From NCBI GenBank assembly GCA_040220235.1, contig JAVJTO010000112.1: a DNA stretch of 64,000 nt; one strand, given 5' to 3'. Under the pieces are notes generated by a model that saw nothing but the letters and a program-made list of their open reading frames with translations, had not been told where the DNA came from and did not search any database. Of this stretch, positions 60,734 to 64,000 are shown piece by piece (position 1 is the stretch's first letter; the number at the start of each line of letters is the position of its first letter). The stretch is from Coleofasciculus sp. B1-GNL1-01. Its GTDB lineage: Bacteria > Cyanobacteriota > Cyanobacteriia > Cyanobacteriales > Coleofasciculaceae. The position numbers and the translations under genes are program-made.

Positions 60734-60979
60734 GCGTCGTAGACAATTTACTTATTGCTCAGGTTCATCAATTTTGAAGGCGGGAGACTTTAGCTTGATT
60801 CATTTGATGAACTTTAAGCTGCATTGCGTTGGCAATAGTTTGGGCAATTGCCAGTAGGACAAACTCCCTAACTAAGCCGAGAATCTGTTTGAGCTTCCCC
60901 TGCAGCCCTGCTTCCTACCCCACCACAAGACTTATTCAGCAGCCCCTATTGTAGGGTAAGATTTACATGGGTTGAACCC

Positions 60980-63103
60980 TTAAGAATCAAAGGCTTTCTT
61001 TTGACCCGAATGGGTCACTAATTCATCCTGATTTGGTGCTTCACGCTGCACCCATTCCGGATGTTCCATCCCCGATGTCATGGCATAACGTTGGGCTAAC
61101 AGTCGTAACCATAGTGCTGGATAACGCGGCTCAATCCACGGTTGTAAGCGGCGAATCAGATTAGGGAACCATCCCTTAAGTAACCCACTCACCACAGCAT
61201 GGCGAGTAAACGTGAAGTAACTACCCATCCAGCGTAAGAAATCCTTTGCCCCTGCCATGTCCCAAATCCAAAAAATCAGGGCAGGATTACGTCTGGCTGC
61301 TTTTAATGCCAGTCGGTTGAAGGTTAACCAATCAAAACGATCTTTAATAAACGTATCAGCAACCTCTGGCGGTTCATCCGCTAAAAGCCCAAAGAAAGTA
61401 TTCAGCATGGCATTAACCCGTTGGGGAGGCAAATGACGCCCGGTTGGTACCATCATGCCTTTGGAAAAGAGCCAGGTGACCGCAACATTGCTTTGATGAG
61501 CGCGAATTTGGTTTAAATCTTTGGCAGTTAGGAGATTATGGCGTAGAGCGGTATCGAGTAAGTCGGTTAACCGATACAGGTTACGCACCAGGGAACCAAA
61601 TCCCGTAAACACTAGAGGTGATTGCAGCGAAGCCGCATCCCCAATGGCAACCAGCCGATCAAACGCCACCGTGCGATCGCGACTGCTTATGCTAAAGTGT
61701 CCAGGAATATAGCCGAATGTTGGTTTCTTCCACACCAATTTTTCCATGTCGCAGCGGCGGTACTCCGGCAGAATTGTAAAAAAGTCTTCATACATTTCTA
61801 ATAAAGAGCCAGGGTTCTCAGGATGCACCTGATGGTAATGGAACAAATAGATCGTCAAGTCCTCCCCCGCCCCCGGAAACAGTTCCCAAATCAACTGCCG
61901 TCCCCGGGAAATGTCGCCGTGGCTATTGAGAACGTCTCCATAGTTAGAATCCCACACCCCTGGCTCAAACCCACTGGCAATCACTGCACCGACGGTGGGG
62001 CAGACGCTATCAAACGCCCTGCCCCCATTCAGTTGCCAAGCGATGGGGGAAGCTGTGCCCATGGCATCGACTAAAAGTCGTCCTCTGGCTTGTCGGGGGG
62101 TTTGGCTGGGCAAATGCTGTAGACTGACGACAACTTCTTCTGGCGTGATCTCTGCCCGGATAAACTCCGTCTCATCCCAGATGTCGCCGCCCGCTTTTTG
62201 TAACTTTTCTCCACATAATTGTAACAATTTCTCTGAATCAATTGCCACATTCAGTACAGTTGGTGTATGTAATACAGGTGCTTTTAGATGAGGAGGATTG
62301 TTGCCATCAAAGAATTTGTTGAAGCCATCAATATATTCTCTGGCGATCATGGCTTCAAACTCATCGGGCGTAAATAACCCCAAATCGATGAGACTCTGAA
62401 ACTCAGCCCGGGAAATATTCCATTCTCGGTTCATGCGCCCAAAGGGTAACCGTTCTACCAGTAGGACTCGATACCCCCGTTGTGCCATCACAGCGGCGTG
62501 AATGACTCCCAGAGCGCCACCGATGTAAATCAGGTCATAGGTGGAATTGGAGTAGCTGTGTCCTCGAAGCTGTGTTGGTTCCTCGGTTGTCTTAAACACA
62601 ACCTGTTTAGGCTGCTGTGGATTCCGCACCCCTTCGCGCCATCGTTTTTCCCACCAATAGACGCGGTTGAGGTCATATTCCCCTTTGGGCATTTTTTGGA
62701 AGAAATGAACCGTCTGGGGATAATAGGGTGCTAGCGCCTCAAAGATCGACTGTTGCGATAAATCGACCTCTGGGGGTTCAGGATAGCGATAGGGAAACTG
62801 ACGGCGTAAGTCCCCTGTCAGCTTCTGGAGTAATTGCCGTTCTCCCGCGATCGCGCGATCGCAACAGCGAAAGGCTTTCAAGTAGGTGGTTCGCTGCACC
62901 GACCAAACAAAAATGGAGATTTCCGGAATCGGGACGCAAATCGGTGTAGATGAATTGGCTGAAGACGCATGTTCAATTTGTACCAGGATACCATCCAGGG
63001 TTAGAGTTTTCTTCCCCAGCTCAAAGTACCAGTCCTGCTGCAACCAGGTGCGAACAGCGTCGGTATCGGGGTTCGGTATTTCTACGTAGAGAAGTTCTTT
63101 CAT
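60980..63103 (-). CDS. cruA: FAD-dependent lycopene cyclase of the CruA/CruP family (probably CruA)
   Basis: YIGGALG, MNREWNISR, DAMGTASPI, GDAASLQSPLVFTGFGS; the long N-terminal extension favours CruA. Confidence 0.7.
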   Translation of the reverse strand: MKELLYVEIPNPDTDAVRTWLQQDWYFELGKKTLTLDGILVQIEHASSANSSTPICVPIPEISIFVWSVQRTTYLKAFRCCDRAIAGERQLLQKLTGDLRRQFPYRYPEPPEVDLSQQSIFEALAPYYPQTVHFFQKMPKGEYDLNRVYWWEKRWREGVRNPQQPKQVVFKTTEEPTQLRGHSYSNSTYDLIYIGGALGVIHAAVMAQRGYRVLLVERLPFGRMNREWNISRAEFQSLIDLGLFTPDEFEAMIAREYIDGFNKFFDGNNPPHLKAPVLHTPTVLNVAIDSEKLLQLCGEKLQKAGGDIWDETEFIRAEITPEEVVVSLQHLPSQTPRQARGRLLVDAMGTASPIAWQLNGGRAFDSVCPTVGAVIASGFEPGVWDSNYGDVLNSHGDISRGRQLIWELFPGAGEDLTIYLFHYHQVHPENPGSLLEMYEDFFTILPEYRRCDMEKLVWKKPTFGYIPGHFSISSRDRTVAFDRLVAIGDAASLQSPLVFTGFGSLVRNLYRLTDLLDTALRHNLLTAKDLNQIRAHQSNVAVTWLFSKGMMVPTGRHLPPQRVNAMLNTFFGLLADEPPEVADTFIKDRFDWLTFNRLALKAARRNPALIFWIWDMAGAKDFLRWMGSYFTFTRHAVVSGLLKGWFPNLIRRLQPWIEPRYPALWLRLLAQRYAMTSGMEHPEWVQREAPNQDELVTHSGQKKAFDS

Positions 63104-63259
63104 CGGAGTGATCTGATTCGCTGAGGAATTACGCAAGATGACGGAGGTGACTTGAAGCAAAATACGCTACACTTCCGGATACTGATTGGTTTAATATTAG
63201 TAAAAAAAGTTTACACTCTTCTCATTTTCGGTCAATTAGGGTGCTTTTGTTAACTCGCC

Positions 63260-63526
63260 ATGAATTATCCCATCCCAGTTAGTCCCAAAGAAATGGCGGC
63301 TCTCCGTCAAAAACCAGTGAATGAAGAATTAGTGGCAGCGGCAATTGCCGGTGTCATTCAGATTGCCCGTTCTCAAGGACAGTCCTTAGACGAGCTTACC
63401 GCTGAAGTGCTAGCGGAAGATAGTGTCTTAGATCAGGCACAACGACGCTGGCTTAGTGATATTGTCGCCCAAGCCTGGAACATTCTGCCATCCATAGAGG
63501 CGGTGGGGAGTATCTCGGTTTCTTGA
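63260..63526 (+). CDS. Conserved cyanobacterial hypothetical protein
   Basis: EELVAAAIAGVIQIARSQGQSLDELTAEVLA. Confidence 0.75.
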   Translation: MNYPIPVSPKEMAALRQKPVNEELVAAAIAGVIQIARSQGQSLDELTAEVLAEDSVLDQAQRRWLSDIVAQAWNILPSIEAVGSISVS

Positions 63527-63795
63527 GGATATCAAGCGGTGTTAATCATCGCTTGACCCCAGGTTGCGATCGGGTCATTATTGTAATTTTAGTGTTGACG
63601 GCTGACTGGTGGCTGGTGACTGGTGGCGGTTGACGGTTGGTTAGTAGGTATTTACCGCCTATTTGGTCACACTTCGTAGTCAAGGATGTGAGCCTAGAGT
63701 TTGTTGGGTTTCCTACCTCAACCCAACCTACAACATGACAATACTACAATAACGACACTCATCACTGGACGTTAATTGTACCGACTACTTTAACC

Positions 63796-64000
63796 ATGAT
63801 TTCTCAGCCACAAGCCAGAGAACTGATTCGCCTCGCCACCTTAGCACCATCGGGTCACAACACCCAACCCTGGAAATTTTCTATTGATACCAATACTATC
63901 CGTATCTACCCGGACTATTCCCGTCGTCTACCGATAGTAGATCCCGATGACCATGCGCTGTTTATCAGTTTAGGTTGTGCCTTAGAAAATCTATTGATTG
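63796..64000 (+). CDS. Acg/nitroreductase-family protein, 5' part (runs off window; not in ORF track)
   Basis: MISQPQARELIRLATLAPSGHNTQPWKF...LPIVDPDDHALFISLGCALENL. Confidence 0.88.
   Translation, partial: MISQPQARELIRLATLAPSGHNTQPWKFSIDTNTIRIYPDYSRRLPIVDPDDHALFISLGCALENLLI

Overview
Chromosomal window from a filamentous cyanobacterium. Support: dense HIP1 octamer GCGATCGC, heptamer tandem repeats (STRR), GTAG-type REP palindromes, ntcA, hli and a ycf46-like gene. A Coleofasciculus/Microcoleus-like organism is my inference. Core genes include mazG, ddl, argG, rpmF (absent from the ORF track), mraY, dnaK, fabI, ntcA, a cruA-like gene, a Ni/Co ECF transporter operon, tRNA-Val(TAC) and tRNA-Arg(CCG). 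Three accessory blocks stand out. (1) About 7.8-15.0 kb: a degenerate-SIR2/TIR fusion gene with integron-cassette-like boundaries, a divergent HTH-ImmA/IrrE (HEXXH changed to HGLAH) plus PIN pair, and tandem DUF7662-like/HTH genes that differ in the recognition helix. (2) 44.2-46.2 kb: a convergent DUF5131 radical-SAM / TcmP methyltransferase-like pair whose predicted promoter overlaps a LexA-box-like site. (3) 57.7-58.9 kb, next to tRNA-Arg: a Panacea antitoxin with a MazF-like toxin carrying a Cys/His insert. Small mobile repeats (IS630-type MITEs, REPs, 24-bp inserts) are pervasive, nest in each other and are translated in frame inside genes. An IS630 element truncates the CHAT protease gene at the left edge. 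No CRISPR array was found. All family calls come from visual motif recognition; no searches were run.
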